A DNA stretch of 63,925 nt, counting the filler, from an uncultured bacterium (GTDB lineage Bacteria; Hinthialibacterota; Hinthialibacteria; Hinthialibacterales; Hinthialibacteraceae): the NCBI GenBank assembly GCA_964449065.1. It is 4 parts of 4 records of this genome, joined end to end, with 100 filler letters (N's around TTAATTAATTAA, not from the genome) between each part and the next. Parts side by side here need not be neighbours in the genome. Positions count along the whole stretch, not along the records: positions 1 to 16,840 come from CAYVAZ010000080.1; 3 more parts are not named here. One strand, written 5' to 3'. The notes beneath the pieces were generated by a model that did no database searches, was not told the origin of the DNA, and worked only from the letters and a program-made list of their open reading frames with translations. Each line of letters opens with the position of its first letter. The stretch's first letter is position 1. Below, piece by piece: positions 1 to 9,491 of this stretch. Both the position numbers and the translations under genes were made by a program.

Positions 1-58
1 ATCTTCCTTTCGCTGGGCTTACGCCGCGCTTATCAGTCATTATTTATTTGAAATGGTA
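1..58 (-). mobile_element. Partial MITE-like element (shell A), cut by the window edge
   Basis: The reverse complement of 1-59 matches 33516-33574 at 52/59 positions; it ends in GGTA followed by TTA (59-61). Confidence 0.65.
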
Positions 59-208
59 TTATATTTTTTTTTACTCTTGTGGGGGCTGCCTCCCATAGCT
101 GCCCTGCTGTGGGAGAACCACGTGGGTTATCCTTACAATATACAAGATGGAATCTCTCACTTTTTTTAGCAGCCTGGAAATAGTACTTGATATAAAAAGG
201 ATAGTATC

Positions 209-895
209 TTGAGTCAAAATGTCTTTATGACGGACCTTCATCATACCGGTGGTGAAGATGAAGAAATTAACCGCTTGCTGAGTGAATTGCCCACCGATAC
301 CAAACGAATTTTTTTGTTGGGGGATATCTTTCATTATTGGGTAAATGATGAGCAGTTTATTCATGATACCTACGCGCCGTTTTTACGCCGTTTGCAGGCG
401 CTTGCCAACCAAGGATTGGAATTGTTTTTTTTGGAAGGCAACCGCGATTTTTTGGCGGTCCCTTTTTTGGAGCGACAGCCGTGGATTGATGTCATTTTGA
501 ATCCCACATTACTCGATTTGCACGGCAGAGCGGTTTATTTAGGACATGGTGATGAACTGTGCTGGAACGACTGGCAATATCAACTCTTTAAATCCATGAT
601 CCGCTCAAAACCTGTGCGTTTTTTGGAGCGCAACCTTCCCGCCTCCATCAAGCGCGGCACCGTTCAGCGTATGGAAAAAGCCAGCAAGTCTTTCGTCGCC
701 GGCAAAACTCATAAAACATTGCAGGTGCCGGAACGCGCTTATCACGCGGTGATCAATACCGGAGTCGATGTCATTGTACACGGCCATTTGCATGAATCGT
801 ATCAACGCATAATTGAACACAAGGGGCGGATGTGCCAAGTGATTTGTTTCGGCTGGAAAGACGGAAAACGCAATATCATCCATTTTGAAGGCTGA
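209..895 (+). CDS. lpxH: UDP-2,3-diacylglucosamine diphosphatase (LpxH-like calcineurin-like metallophosphoesterase)
   Basis: Motifs DLHH, LLGDIF, EGNRDF, HGD, HGHLH; TTG start with AAAGGA upstream. Confidence 0.8.
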   Translation: MSQNVFMTDLHHTGGEDEEINRLLSELPTDTKRIFLLGDIFHYWVNDEQFIHDTYAPFLRRLQALANQGLELFFLEGNRDFLAVPFLERQPWIDVILNPTLLDLHGRAVYLGHGDELCWNDWQYQLFKSMIRSKPVRFLERNLPASIKRGTVQRMEKASKSFVAGKTHKTLQVPERAYHAVINTGVDVIVHGHLHESYQRIIEHKGRMCQVICFGWKDGKRNIIHFEG

Positions 896-943
896 ACAGA
901 TTGGGATTTTCGGTTACACTGTTTTCATTTCATCAGCGATGAA

Positions 944-977
944 TTCTGTATATTCTAAAATTCTGTATATTCTAAAA
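944..977 (+). repeat. Tandem 17-bp direct repeat TTCTGTATATTCTAAAA x2
   Basis: Exact duplication upstream of the Lrp-family gene. Confidence 0.9.
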
Positions 978-993
978 TACAAAGAGGATTACA

Positions 994-1482
994 ATGTCAT
1001 TGCGCAACAAAATTATTGATATTATGGAACAGAATGCCCGTACCTCTCTGGAAGATATTGCCGTTATGACCGGCAGCACCGAAAACGAGGTGCGGGATGA
1101 AATCCGCTCGATGGAGCAAGCCGGGGTGATTTTAGGATACAAGACCATAGTCAACCCGGAAAAAGTGGAAGATACCCAAGTTTCTTGTTTGGTGGAGTTG
1201 TCGGTACAGCCGGAAAGAGGACACGGTTTTGAACATATCGCGGAACGGATTTACCGCTTTCCCGAAGTAAAGTCTGTCTTTTTGGTTTCCGGACGCTATG
1301 ATTTGTTGATTCTGGTGGAGGGCGGCAGCATGAGAGCGGTGGCCGATTTTATCGCCGATAAATTGGCGGTGCTGCCGAATGTACGCTCGCAATCATCGCA
1401 TTTTTTGCTGAAAAAATACAAAGAAATGGGTACGGTATTGGTTGATTCTCATGCTGCGGAACGCATTCCCGTCAGTCCGTAA
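994..1482 (+). CDS. Lrp/AsnC-family transcriptional regulator
   Basis: N-terminal HTH, GVILGY and VSGRYDL motifs; paired with a class I aminotransferase as in Bacillus yugG/yugH. Confidence 0.92.
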   Translation: MSLRNKIIDIMEQNARTSLEDIAVMTGSTENEVRDEIRSMEQAGVILGYKTIVNPEKVEDTQVSCLVELSVQPERGHGFEHIAERIYRFPEVKSVFLVSGRYDLLILVEGGSMRAVADFIADKLAVLPNVRSQSSHFLLKKYKEMGTVLVDSHAAERIPVSP

Positions 1483-1486
1483 CAAC

Positions 1487-1514
1487 TGAAAGTCTAAACT
1501 TGAAAGTCTAAACT
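1487..1514 (+). repeat. Tandem 14-bp direct repeat TGAAAGTCTAAACT x2
   Basis: Exact duplication filling the lrp-aminotransferase spacer. Confidence 0.9.
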
Positions 1515-1515
1515 C

Positions 1516-2712
1516 ATGGTCAATCCGCAAGTTCTTCCAACTACGCAACGCTCCCGCATCAGCAGCACAGTGCAATCGCTGCCGCCTTCCGGCATCCGCC
1601 GGTTTTTTGATTTGGTGGCGAGCACCAAGGATGTGATTTCGCTGGGTGTGGGCGAACCCGACTTCGAGACCCCTTGGCGCTTTACCGAAGCGGGGATTCA
1701 TTCTCTGGAGACGGGACACACCTCGTATACATCCAACAACGGGCTGCTTCAGCTGCGCAATGAGTTATCGCGTTATTTGCGAACCTATCATCAGGCGGAA
1801 TACAGCCCCGAAACACAGATATTGGTGACTGTCGGCGGCAGCGAAGCTTTGGATTGTAGCATGAGAGCTTTGATTGAGCCGGGCGATGAGGTTATTATTT
1901 TGGATCCCTCATTTGTTTCGTATGCGCCCTTAGCGTCTTTGGCAGGCGGCACTCCGGTACGGGTAGCCACGCGGGCGGAAACCGGTTTTACCCCTACATT
2001 TGAACAACTGGAAGATGCCGTAACAAACAAAACCCGCGCGATTGTGGTGAACTATCCCAACAACCCGACGGGAGCCACGCTTACCGTCCAACAAATTCAA
2101 GAGATTGTTGCGTTTGTGAAGAAGTATGACTTGTTTTTAATCAGCGATGAAATTTATTTACCATTAACGTATGAAGGGGAAAAAGTCAGTTTTGCCGCGT
2201 TTGAAGAAATTCGGGATCAACTGATTTTAATTCACGGGTTTTCGAAAGCCTGGGCGATGACCGGGTGGCGTCTGGGCTTTGCCGCCGGTCCGGCGGATTT
2301 AATCGGCGCGATGACCAAGATTCATCAGTATACGATCATGTCTGCCCCCACCACCGCGCAGTACGCCGCGATTGAAGCGATTCGTTCCGGCATGGAAGAA
2401 GTGGAGCCGATGCGGCGCGAGTATGACCGGCGGCGGCGTTTCTTTTCACACAAACTCACGAACGCGGGGCTTCGATGCTTTGATCCCAAGGGGGCGTTTT
2501 ATGTGTTCCCCTCCATTCAGATAACAGGACTGACTTCCGAAGAGTTTGCTATGAAACTGCTGGAACAGGAAAAAGTGGCGGTGGTTCCGGGAACGGCGTT
2601 TGGAGAATGCGGCGAGGGGTTTGTGCGGTGTTCGTACGCGGCATCGATGGAACAACTGCGCGAAGCGGCTGAACGCATGGAACGGTTTACACGCCGTTGC
2701 TCACAATGTTAG
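1516..2712 (+). CDS. PLP-dependent aminotransferase class I/II
   Basis: GEPDF, NYPNNPTG, SDEIY, GFSKAWAMTGWRLG (PLP lysine). Confidence 0.95.
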   Translation: MVNPQVLPTTQRSRISSTVQSLPPSGIRRFFDLVASTKDVISLGVGEPDFETPWRFTEAGIHSLETGHTSYTSNNGLLQLRNELSRYLRTYHQAEYSPETQILVTVGGSEALDCSMRALIEPGDEVIILDPSFVSYAPLASLAGGTPVRVATRAETGFTPTFEQLEDAVTNKTRAIVVNYPNNPTGATLTVQQIQEIVAFVKKYDLFLISDEIYLPLTYEGEKVSFAAFEEIRDQLILIHGFSKAWAMTGWRLGFAAGPADLIGAMTKIHQYTIMSAPTTAQYAAIEAIRSGMEEVEPMRREYDRRRRFFSHKLTNAGLRCFDPKGAFYVFPSIQITGLTSEEFAMKLLEQEKVAVVPGTAFGECGEGFVRCSYAASMEQLREAAERMERFTRRCSQC

Positions 2713-2720
2713 TGATCTTA

Positions 2721-2818
2721 TACGGATTCAAATAAATACCTGTGTGATTCCTCTACAAAAGGGGAGCATCGGTTTCCAGCCGGTACCGCACACCGCATAT
2801 TATTTCATTGAAGCGGTA
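2721..2818 (+). mobile_element. 98-bp MITE-like element (shell A) with an internal REP-like core and TTA target duplication
   Basis: Near-identical inverted copy at 58785-58881; imperfect TIRs TACGGATTCAA / TTGAAGCGGTA; TTA at 2718-2720 and 2819-2821. Confidence 0.8.
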
Positions 2819-2831
2819 TTAGATAGTTATC

Positions 2832-3383
2832 TTATCTCAATATTTTTGTCAGTTCGTTACAAGCATGAATGATGGAAGGCAAAGCGGTATCAGGCACTCC
2901 TTGCCTGCAAATTTCATTCACGAATAAATCACCTTCTTCTTTACAACTTTTTGGTTTTTTGGATTTTGGATACCCCGTAGTTTCATTCGTGGATTTATCT
3001 TTTGCGAAATGAATCCACGTTTCAATATTCCGCTTTGGAATAAAAACCGCTATTTTTTCATCGGGTTGGATGGGTTTAAGTTCATTTCTATCAAGTTCAG
3101 CTTGAATTTCATCATAACGTTCCTGAACTGAGAGATTGTCGGCATCAATTATGACAGCGACTGCAAGTCCACCATGCCCATAACTGCTTTTTTGTCTATA
3201 GGTTTTGATTTCAGTTACCGCCTTCTTCTTAACAAAGTGTTCTCCCGCTCCTTTTCCCTTCGGGCTTTTTTCTACCCGAATTTTCCTGGATTCCATGCCG
3301 CGTTTTTGAAAGAATTGACGTGCAAAAGTCCCTTGTTGATCGTCTTCACATACAATAACCAAATTGACTTTCCGGTTACTCAT
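2832..3383 (-). CDS. TOPRIM-like protein (RloB/DUF4276-like), partner of the upstream ABC ATPase
   Basis: Likely start MSNRKVNLVIVCED at 3383, overlapping the ATPase stop; VIVCED acidic motif, IIDAD (DxD), IETW. Confidence 0.6.
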   Translation of the reverse strand: MSNRKVNLVIVCEDDQQGTFARQFFQKRGMESRKIRVEKSPKGKGAGEHFVKKKAVTEIKTYRQKSSYGHGGLAVAVIIDADNLSVQERYDEIQAELDRNELKPIQPDEKIAVFIPKRNIETWIHFAKDKSTNETTGYPKSKKPKSCKEEGDLFVNEICRQGVPDTALPSIIHACNELTKILR

Positions 3384-4458
3384 TGATCCATCCACGCGCG
3401 GCCAAGTCCGCGATTTCCAGGTTTTGATTATCGGGTATAGCTGAAATTCTAACCGGAGAGTCGTTTTGGCGTTCAAAATAAATGCCGGTGGATTCGGCAA
3501 GGTAGTTGATATATTCCGGATGATGTGAAGTTAAAATCGCCTGCAAATTTTCTTCGGTACAACAGTCCCTTACTAAAAGCATCCACGGTTGGATTTCGGG
3601 TAAGGAAACATAATTTTCTGGCTCGTCTATACACAAGGTGTAACCTTTATCCCGGGTATAGCAAACCAGCATATAAAGGATGATCAACGTGCGTTGACCG
3701 TCGGATAATTCGTGAAAACGGTATTCCTGTTTGAAACATTGAACATTCAATTGTTTGTGGTGTTCTCCAAACGGCTTGAATACAAAATTATCAAATCCAT
3801 CTATAACATTTTTTAGTAGATTGGTTATTTCAAAGACCTTTCCTTGATCTTCGGAAATTGTTCGGTACCAAGCCACAAAATTGTTGCAATGATAGTCTAA
3901 AAAATCCGCTTCCCGGCTGCTTTCACTTCCTATAAGGACAGGATTGATTTGGACAATGATTAATCGCTTGAGCCGCTCTTTAAACCAAGTCAATTTTGTA
4001 TTGTCATGGCGGGCAGGAAGTGCACCCACGGCGGATTGGGTCCAATCAAACGGATATTCGGGACCTTCTGAATAATTATCCCGGTAAAGTTTTGCGGTAC
4101 CTTCTTGAAAATCGATCAGTTTATTTTGATTATACCAAAGTCTTTCATGACGAATCCGAACCCGTTTGAGAGAAATGTTAAATTCGATATCCAATTCATA
4201 CAAATAGGTCCCTTCATTGCCTTCGAATTCTATCTCAAACTTTTGTATGGAAGACGTCTGCCAACGGGTTAGATAGGATGAATCAAATAATGTAGAGACA
4301 TCATCGTTTCGGCACACCAAAGCTTGCAGTTTGTACAAAATCTCAAAAATAGTGGATTTACCCACTCCATTCTCGCCCATCAACAAATTGATGGAATCGA
4401 ATTTTACATCTAAATTTACACAGCACTTATAATTGTCAATAAAAATTCGCTTAAGCAT
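3376..4458 (-). CDS. AAA_21/ABC-type ATPase of the kind found in defence modules
   Basis: Walker A GENGVGKST, signature LSDGQR, Walker B LCIDEPEN, H-loop TSHHP; no TM segments; AT-rich. Confidence 0.85.
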   Translation of the reverse strand: MLKRIFIDNYKCCVNLDVKFDSINLLMGENGVGKSTIFEILYKLQALVCRNDDVSTLFDSSYLTRWQTSSIQKFEIEFEGNEGTYLYELDIEFNISLKRVRIRHERLWYNQNKLIDFQEGTAKLYRDNYSEGPEYPFDWTQSAVGALPARHDNTKLTWFKERLKRLIIVQINPVLIGSESSREADFLDYHCNNFVAWYRTISEDQGKVFEITNLLKNVIDGFDNFVFKPFGEHHKQLNVQCFKQEYRFHELSDGQRTLIILYMLVCYTRDKGYTLCIDEPENYVSLPEIQPWMLLVRDCCTEENLQAILTSHHPEYINYLAESTGIYFERQNDSPVRISAIPDNQNLEIADLAARGWINE

Positions 4459-4548
4459 GTTTAACCCATCTTGAAAGAAAAACGCAACTAATGGTTAAAG
4501 TATACTATAAAATTGGTGGAATGAAGAATCTGTATTCAGAAAAAAAAC

Positions 4549-5628
4549 TCATACGCCGTTGTTGTTCTTCAGCATCGTAAGAATTTCTTCGCCTTTTTCC
4601 TGCAAAACCGAGTTCATGGATTGGACCACATCGGGGTGAAATGCCTTGCCGGCATTGTCTTCAAAATACCCGATGATTTTATCTTTAGGCCAGGGTTGTT
4701 TATAGCAACGCTTGGCGGCCAATGCGTCGCACACTTCCGCCACCACCAGCAATTGGCTGTTGTAGTGAATTTCTCCGTCTTTCAACCCGCGTGGGTATCC
4801 GTTGCCGTCCATACGTTCGTGGTGTTCATGCACGTAACGGCTGACGTTTTTTAACGAGGGAATGGGAGAGAGAATTTGATAGCCGATGCTGACATGTTCT
4901 TTCATGCGTTCATATTCATGCTTTTCCAGGCTGCCCGGTTTTAACAAGATGGAATCCGGTATCCCGATTTTGCCGATATCGTGCAGCTCAGCGGCGAGTT
5001 TTAAATCCAAAAAATCATCTTCGGAAATACCTAAGCTTTTTGCCAATTCAATAACCAAACAAGAAACATTGTATCCGTGTCCTTGGGTATAAGGATCCTT
5101 GGCTTCCAGCGCTTTGGTTAGCGATTTCACAGAGTGGAGAAGAAAATCCTGCAATTCCTTGGTGCGCTTTTCCACTTGTTCTTCAAGATGATGCTGATAA
5201 TTCCGGTTTTCTACAAGTACGGCACGGTATTTTAAGGCGCGCTCAATCGTTAAGAAAACCGTTTCAGATGTAAACGGTTTCATTAAAAAATCAAACGCCC
5301 CCCGCCGTAACGATTCCACGGATATTTCCAGTGTCGGCTGTCCTGTCATGATGATTACAGGGGTGTAAGGATGGACATCATGGACTAGTTTTAATAAATC
5401 CAACCCGGTGACATTGGGCATGTAAATATCTGTTAACAGAACGTCGAATTCCTGCTTTTGCAGCAAAGATTGAACTTGTGTGGAATCACTTAGTGTTTGA
5501 ACCTGAACACCCGCATTCGAAAACACCCGTTTTAAAATATTACAAATCACCTCATCATCATCAACGATGAGTATTTTACAATTCCGGTACTTATCAAAAA
5601 CCATCTGTTTGAGTTGGGTTTGGCTCAT
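4549..5628 (-). CDS. Response regulator with HD-GYP domain (c-di-GMP phosphodiesterase, RpfG-like)
   Basis: REC (IVDDD, TDIYMP, KPF) plus LHDIGKIG and HHERMDGNGYP. Confidence 0.93.
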   Translation of the reverse strand: MSQTQLKQMVFDKYRNCKILIVDDDEVICNILKRVFSNAGVQVQTLSDSTQVQSLLQKQEFDVLLTDIYMPNVTGLDLLKLVHDVHPYTPVIIMTGQPTLEISVESLRRGAFDFLMKPFTSETVFLTIERALKYRAVLVENRNYQHHLEEQVEKRTKELQDFLLHSVKSLTKALEAKDPYTQGHGYNVSCLVIELAKSLGISEDDFLDLKLAAELHDIGKIGIPDSILLKPGSLEKHEYERMKEHVSIGYQILSPIPSLKNVSRYVHEHHERMDGNGYPRGLKDGEIHYNSQLLVVAEVCDALAAKRCYKQPWPKDKIIGYFEDNAGKAFHPDVVQSMNSVLQEKGEEILTMLKNNNGV

Positions 5629-5882
5629 ACTATTATGAAAGAACCTTTTTTTGAAAAACGTAATTTAGCTTAGTTATGTGCCGGAAATACTATATTTATA
5701 CGAATTAGAAAACAAGTGTGGGGGCAAAATCCATGCAAAGAGATAGATGCGAAGAGCCCCCTTGTATTCTGTACAATGGTTGTTGGGTTGTGTTTGGAGT
5801 TGTTGACTTCGAAGGGGAGGGTTTTAAGATTGAATGTGATAACTTGAATTGCAAAGAAGGCGCGCAAAGAAAGGACGGGGTC

Positions 5883-6797
5883 ATGTTTCAAGGTTCAGCC
5901 GTAGCGTTGGTTACGCCGTTTAAAGGCGATGAAATAGATTATGACGCATTGGAAACGTTGATTGATTTTCAAATCGCGGCGGGCACGGAGTGCATAGTGA
6001 TTTGCGGTACCACGGGTGAATCTGCCACCTTATCTCATGCAGAGCACCGTGCTTTGATTGAAAAAAGCACGCAAATCATCAAGAACAAACGGGGGGAAAA
6101 CCCCTATCCGCTCATAATGGCAGGCACGGGAAGCAACAATACCAAAGAGGCGCTGGAACTGACCCATCATGCCAAGGAAGTTGGAGCGGATTGCGTTTTG
6201 TTGATCTCTCCGTATTACAATAAACCGACACCGGCAGGTATTTTAAAGCACTTTCAACTGCTGGCGGGAGAGGTGGATATCCCGCAGGTCGTCTATAACA
6301 TTCAGAGCCGAACCGGGATTAACATCCCGACCGATATCATGGTCGAACTTTCATACGAAACAAACATAATCGGTGCGAAAGAGGCCAGCGGGAACATCAA
6401 TCAGATATCGGAAGTGAAACGGCGTTGTGGAGACGGGTTTATGGTCTGGTCCGGAGACGATGCCATGACGCTTCCGCTTTTGGCTGTTGGGGGTGACGGC
6501 GTTATTTCCGTTTCGGCAAATATCGTCCCAAAAGATATGAGAGCGTTGGTGCATTCTTATCTGGAAGGCAACCGCGATGAAGCATTACGCTTGCACCGGG
6601 AGATGTCGGAACTCAACACAGCGTTGTTTCTTGAGACCAATCCCATTCCCGTAAAAACGGCCGTAAACATGCTGAGTCAATCGGCGGGATACGGGTTGCC
6701 GCATTGCGGAAACTTTCGGCTGCCGATGACGGAGATGAGCCCCGCCAATCAAGAGGCATTGAAAAAAGCCCTGAAAGATTATGGGCTTCCCGTGTAA
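5883..6797 (+). CDS. dapA: 4-hydroxy-tetrahydrodipicolinate synthase
   Basis: ALVTPF, GTTGES, PYYNKP, YNIQSRTG, KEASG, ETNPIPVK; start placed at ATG 5883. Confidence 0.95.
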   Translation: MFQGSAVALVTPFKGDEIDYDALETLIDFQIAAGTECIVICGTTGESATLSHAEHRALIEKSTQIIKNKRGENPYPLIMAGTGSNNTKEALELTHHAKEVGADCVLLISPYYNKPTPAGILKHFQLLAGEVDIPQVVYNIQSRTGINIPTDIMVELSYETNIIGAKEASGNINQISEVKRRCGDGFMVWSGDDAMTLPLLAVGGDGVISVSANIVPKDMRALVHSYLEGNRDEALRLHREMSELNTALFLETNPIPVKTAVNMLSQSAGYGLPHCGNFRLPMTEMSPANQEALKKALKDYGLPV

Positions 6798-6839
6798 AAT
6801 AGACGAAAATCAATTTGAGATCTCAATGGATACTGGAAT

Positions 6840-9329
6840 ATGAAGATACTCTCCGCTTTAATTCTAGGGTATAGTCTCGCCCTATGCACCGTAACAAGTG
6901 AAGCCCAAATCTCCCTTTCCGCGCGGGATGTTGAAGACCTCCGGCACGCGCTCAACTCCAAAGAACAATACCCCTTTTCGGTACGGCATGAAATATTGAA
7001 ATCGGCGGTTTTTCTCTTGCAAAAAGATGGGCGGGAGTTGGAAGCCAAACAACTGTTGATGAGTTTTATTCTTCCCATTCCTTATAATCGGGAACCGGAT
7101 CTTCCAGCCATTCCTCCCGATTTGATCAAGACCGCTCACGCGATTGACGCGGGGGACTATACCGAGGCGCGGAACATGCTGGATGCGTATATTCAATCCA
7201 ACCCGAACCCGCATGCTTCGCTGTCCATCCTGGCGATCAAAGCGGATCATGTCCCGGCGGCGTATTACGGCTTATTGGCGGATGCAAAAGACCAATCGTT
7301 CAGCGCGTATTCCGCGTATGTGATCGGTATTTTGTTGATGCGGTCAAAGGATATTGAAACGGCAGCCCGTTACTTTGAATCGGTGGATGATGAGTTCAAG
7401 AACACCCCGCGCTTGGAGCGCTGGCTTTTAATTGATGCGGCTAAATTCAACCAAATCATTTATGGATATGAAAAGGCTCACGATATCTTAGACCAATTGC
7501 TTGAAAAGAATCCCCAAGATGTGCAGGCCTTATATTGGAAGGCCCGGATATTTGCAGAGCAAAGTCAGAATGACCGCGCCAAAGAAACCCTGGCGCAAAT
7601 CATTCCTTTGCTTTACCCCGATGAATTTTTGGTGATGGAGACCGCCACGCTGGCACTCCGGTTGGATGAGTTGGAAAGAGCCGCTTCGATATTGGCGGAC
7701 TTTGAAACGAAGTTAACCCCATCAAAGGATTATTATTCGCTGTTCGCTTTGATTCGGGAACTGCAGAACCAACCCGAAGCGAAACGGGAATTGGAGAAAA
7801 AAGCGCAAGCATTACCGGTTCCACAGGAACCGGTTCCCTCTTCTTGGATGCAAACAACCCGCCTGCAAGGCATATTGAAAAGCATCCGTGACGAACGCCG
7901 GGAAGAAACCCGCCGCATGGCGGAAGGCAATCCGCTGGATAAGGTATTTTTGTTTTTGTTGAACGAAGACACGGTTGAAGCCAAGCGGACGCTACAGGAG
8001 CTGATTGATCAATATCCCCCCTTTGAATCGGCGCAATTTATGCTGGCAACCATCCAGCGCCGGGAAGGAAACATTGCGGAATCGTATGGCACACTCCAAG
8101 CGCTTCACAATTTGTCGCCGGATTTTCGCCGGTATCAAGTTCTGAGCCAGTTGGCGGATTTTGCCGTACGACTGAACGATCCAGCAAACGCCGGCCGGTA
8201 TTATGACCAAATTGCGCGGGATTATCCGGAATCCTATCAAGCAGAAACGGCAAAACGCTATCAAGAAACCGGTTCTCAATCAGATGACCGTGATACGAAC
8301 GCGTTTTCGGTCTCGCCCCTTTTAACCAAATATCAGACCTATTCCGTGCCGTATGTCTTGCGGGAATTGCTGGCCCAGTGGGGCACACAAGTGACATTTC
8401 CGCGGATCATCAGCCAAACGCGGACCTCCCCGCGGAGGGGATTGAAATTTCACGAGTTGGTTGCCTTTATGTTGAAAGGCACTCAGCAGCGCGCCATTAT
8501 CCCCTTCAGCGGTTCGGTTGAAATTGCGGCGAAGTATTTGCAGCAAACTATTCCGGTGGTGTTTTGCAAGGGCGGCATGTTTGCCAATCAGAGTTTGGAG
8601 GTATCCGGCATTTTGACGGGATACGATACCGGTAGAAATGTGGTTTACTTTGAATCGGTCATGCCGAACGACCCGGCGGTTTTGACGGAGCGGGAACTAT
8701 TGGAAGGCATCTGTATTGCTGTGTATCCGGCAGAACAATCCATCCAGACCACGGATAGCATGAAAGAATCGTTCGCCGTCGGCAATGAATTTATCCAATT
8801 GAATGCCGCAGCACTTGAAATGATCCAGCGGGAAGCAGCAAAAGACAGCAGTCCCCAAGAAGAGTACCGCTTTGATCCGCAAAAGTTTCGAAACAGGCTG
8901 TCGACATTGGCGAAAGAAACAGGAAACGGGTTTGCTCCGCTGCAAATCGCGGCGCTGAAGTACAAGGTGCAGCAATCACCTTCACAGGCAAAATCGTATG
9001 CCAAAGAGATTCAACCGCAATGCCAGGATTTGGCTCAGTTTTGGTCAGTGAAGGCAGGTATGGCCTTTCAAGAAAACCAATTTGGAGACGCGCTGGAATC
9101 CATCGAACAGGCAATATCCATTTCTCCAGGCAATGTTTGGTATAAGATCGGTAAGGTTCAAGCGCTGGAAAAACTGAATCAAAACGAAAGCGCGATTGCA
9201 TTGGCGGAACAATTGCGCGAAGAATATCCCCAAAATTTAAATGTATCGTCTCAATTGCTCAAGTTGTACGAAAAAACCGGCAACGAAAACAAACTGAAAT
9301 CGGAAAAGAGCCGCTTGGATTTGGAATAA
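6840..9329 (+). CDS. Exported TPR-repeat protein with a central degenerate peptidase C39-like segment
   Basis: Signal peptide; several TPR-like helical repeats; central segment with WG...GL...ILTGYD...VYF...DP pattern. Confidence 0.7.
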   Translation: MKILSALILGYSLALCTVTSEAQISLSARDVEDLRHALNSKEQYPFSVRHEILKSAVFLLQKDGRELEAKQLLMSFILPIPYNREPDLPAIPPDLIKTAHAIDAGDYTEARNMLDAYIQSNPNPHASLSILAIKADHVPAAYYGLLADAKDQSFSAYSAYVIGILLMRSKDIETAARYFESVDDEFKNTPRLERWLLIDAAKFNQIIYGYEKAHDILDQLLEKNPQDVQALYWKARIFAEQSQNDRAKETLAQIIPLLYPDEFLVMETATLALRLDELERAASILADFETKLTPSKDYYSLFALIRELQNQPEAKRELEKKAQALPVPQEPVPSSWMQTTRLQGILKSIRDERREETRRMAEGNPLDKVFLFLLNEDTVEAKRTLQELIDQYPPFESAQFMLATIQRREGNIAESYGTLQALHNLSPDFRRYQVLSQLADFAVRLNDPANAGRYYDQIARDYPESYQAETAKRYQETGSQSDDRDTNAFSVSPLLTKYQTYSVPYVLRELLAQWGTQVTFPRIISQTRTSPRRGLKFHELVAFMLKGTQQRAIIPFSGSVEIAAKYLQQTIPVVFCKGGMFANQSLEVSGILTGYDTGRNVVYFESVMPNDPAVLTERELLEGICIAVYPAEQSIQTTDSMKESFAVGNEFIQLNAAALEMIQREAAKDSSPQEEYRFDPQKFRNRLSTLAKETGNGFAPLQIAALKYKVQQSPSQAKSYAKEIQPQCQDLAQFWSVKAGMAFQENQFGDALESIEQAISISPGNVWYKIGKVQALEKLNQNESAIALAEQLREEYPQNLNVSSQLLKLYEKTGNENKLKSEKSRLDLE

Positions 9330-9491
9330 TCTAAAAGAATCGTTGTAGAGCGCCGATTAATTTCTATGCAACAAAATGCATTTATTTCAATATACTGTTC
9401 TTTAAAATTACGCGGAATTCTGATAAGGTGTCGCTTGAAATGCGGGAAATCTATCGAAGTGCTTTGATCTTCGATTTTGTGTAGATTAAAA

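Noticed and set aside
5718..5765. GGCAAA...GCGAAG resemblance to a c-di-GMP-I riboswitch next to the HD-GYP gene, or a lysine riboswitch before dapA
   Set aside because: The stem pairs poorly, the second hairpin is absent, the orientation is away from the HD-GYP gene, and no lysine-riboswitch consensus is seen. An Infernal/Rfam scan would be decisive.
5718..5882. 55-aa N-terminal extension of DapA in the ORF track
   Set aside because: Family homology starts at MFQGS (5883), which has its own purine-rich RBS.
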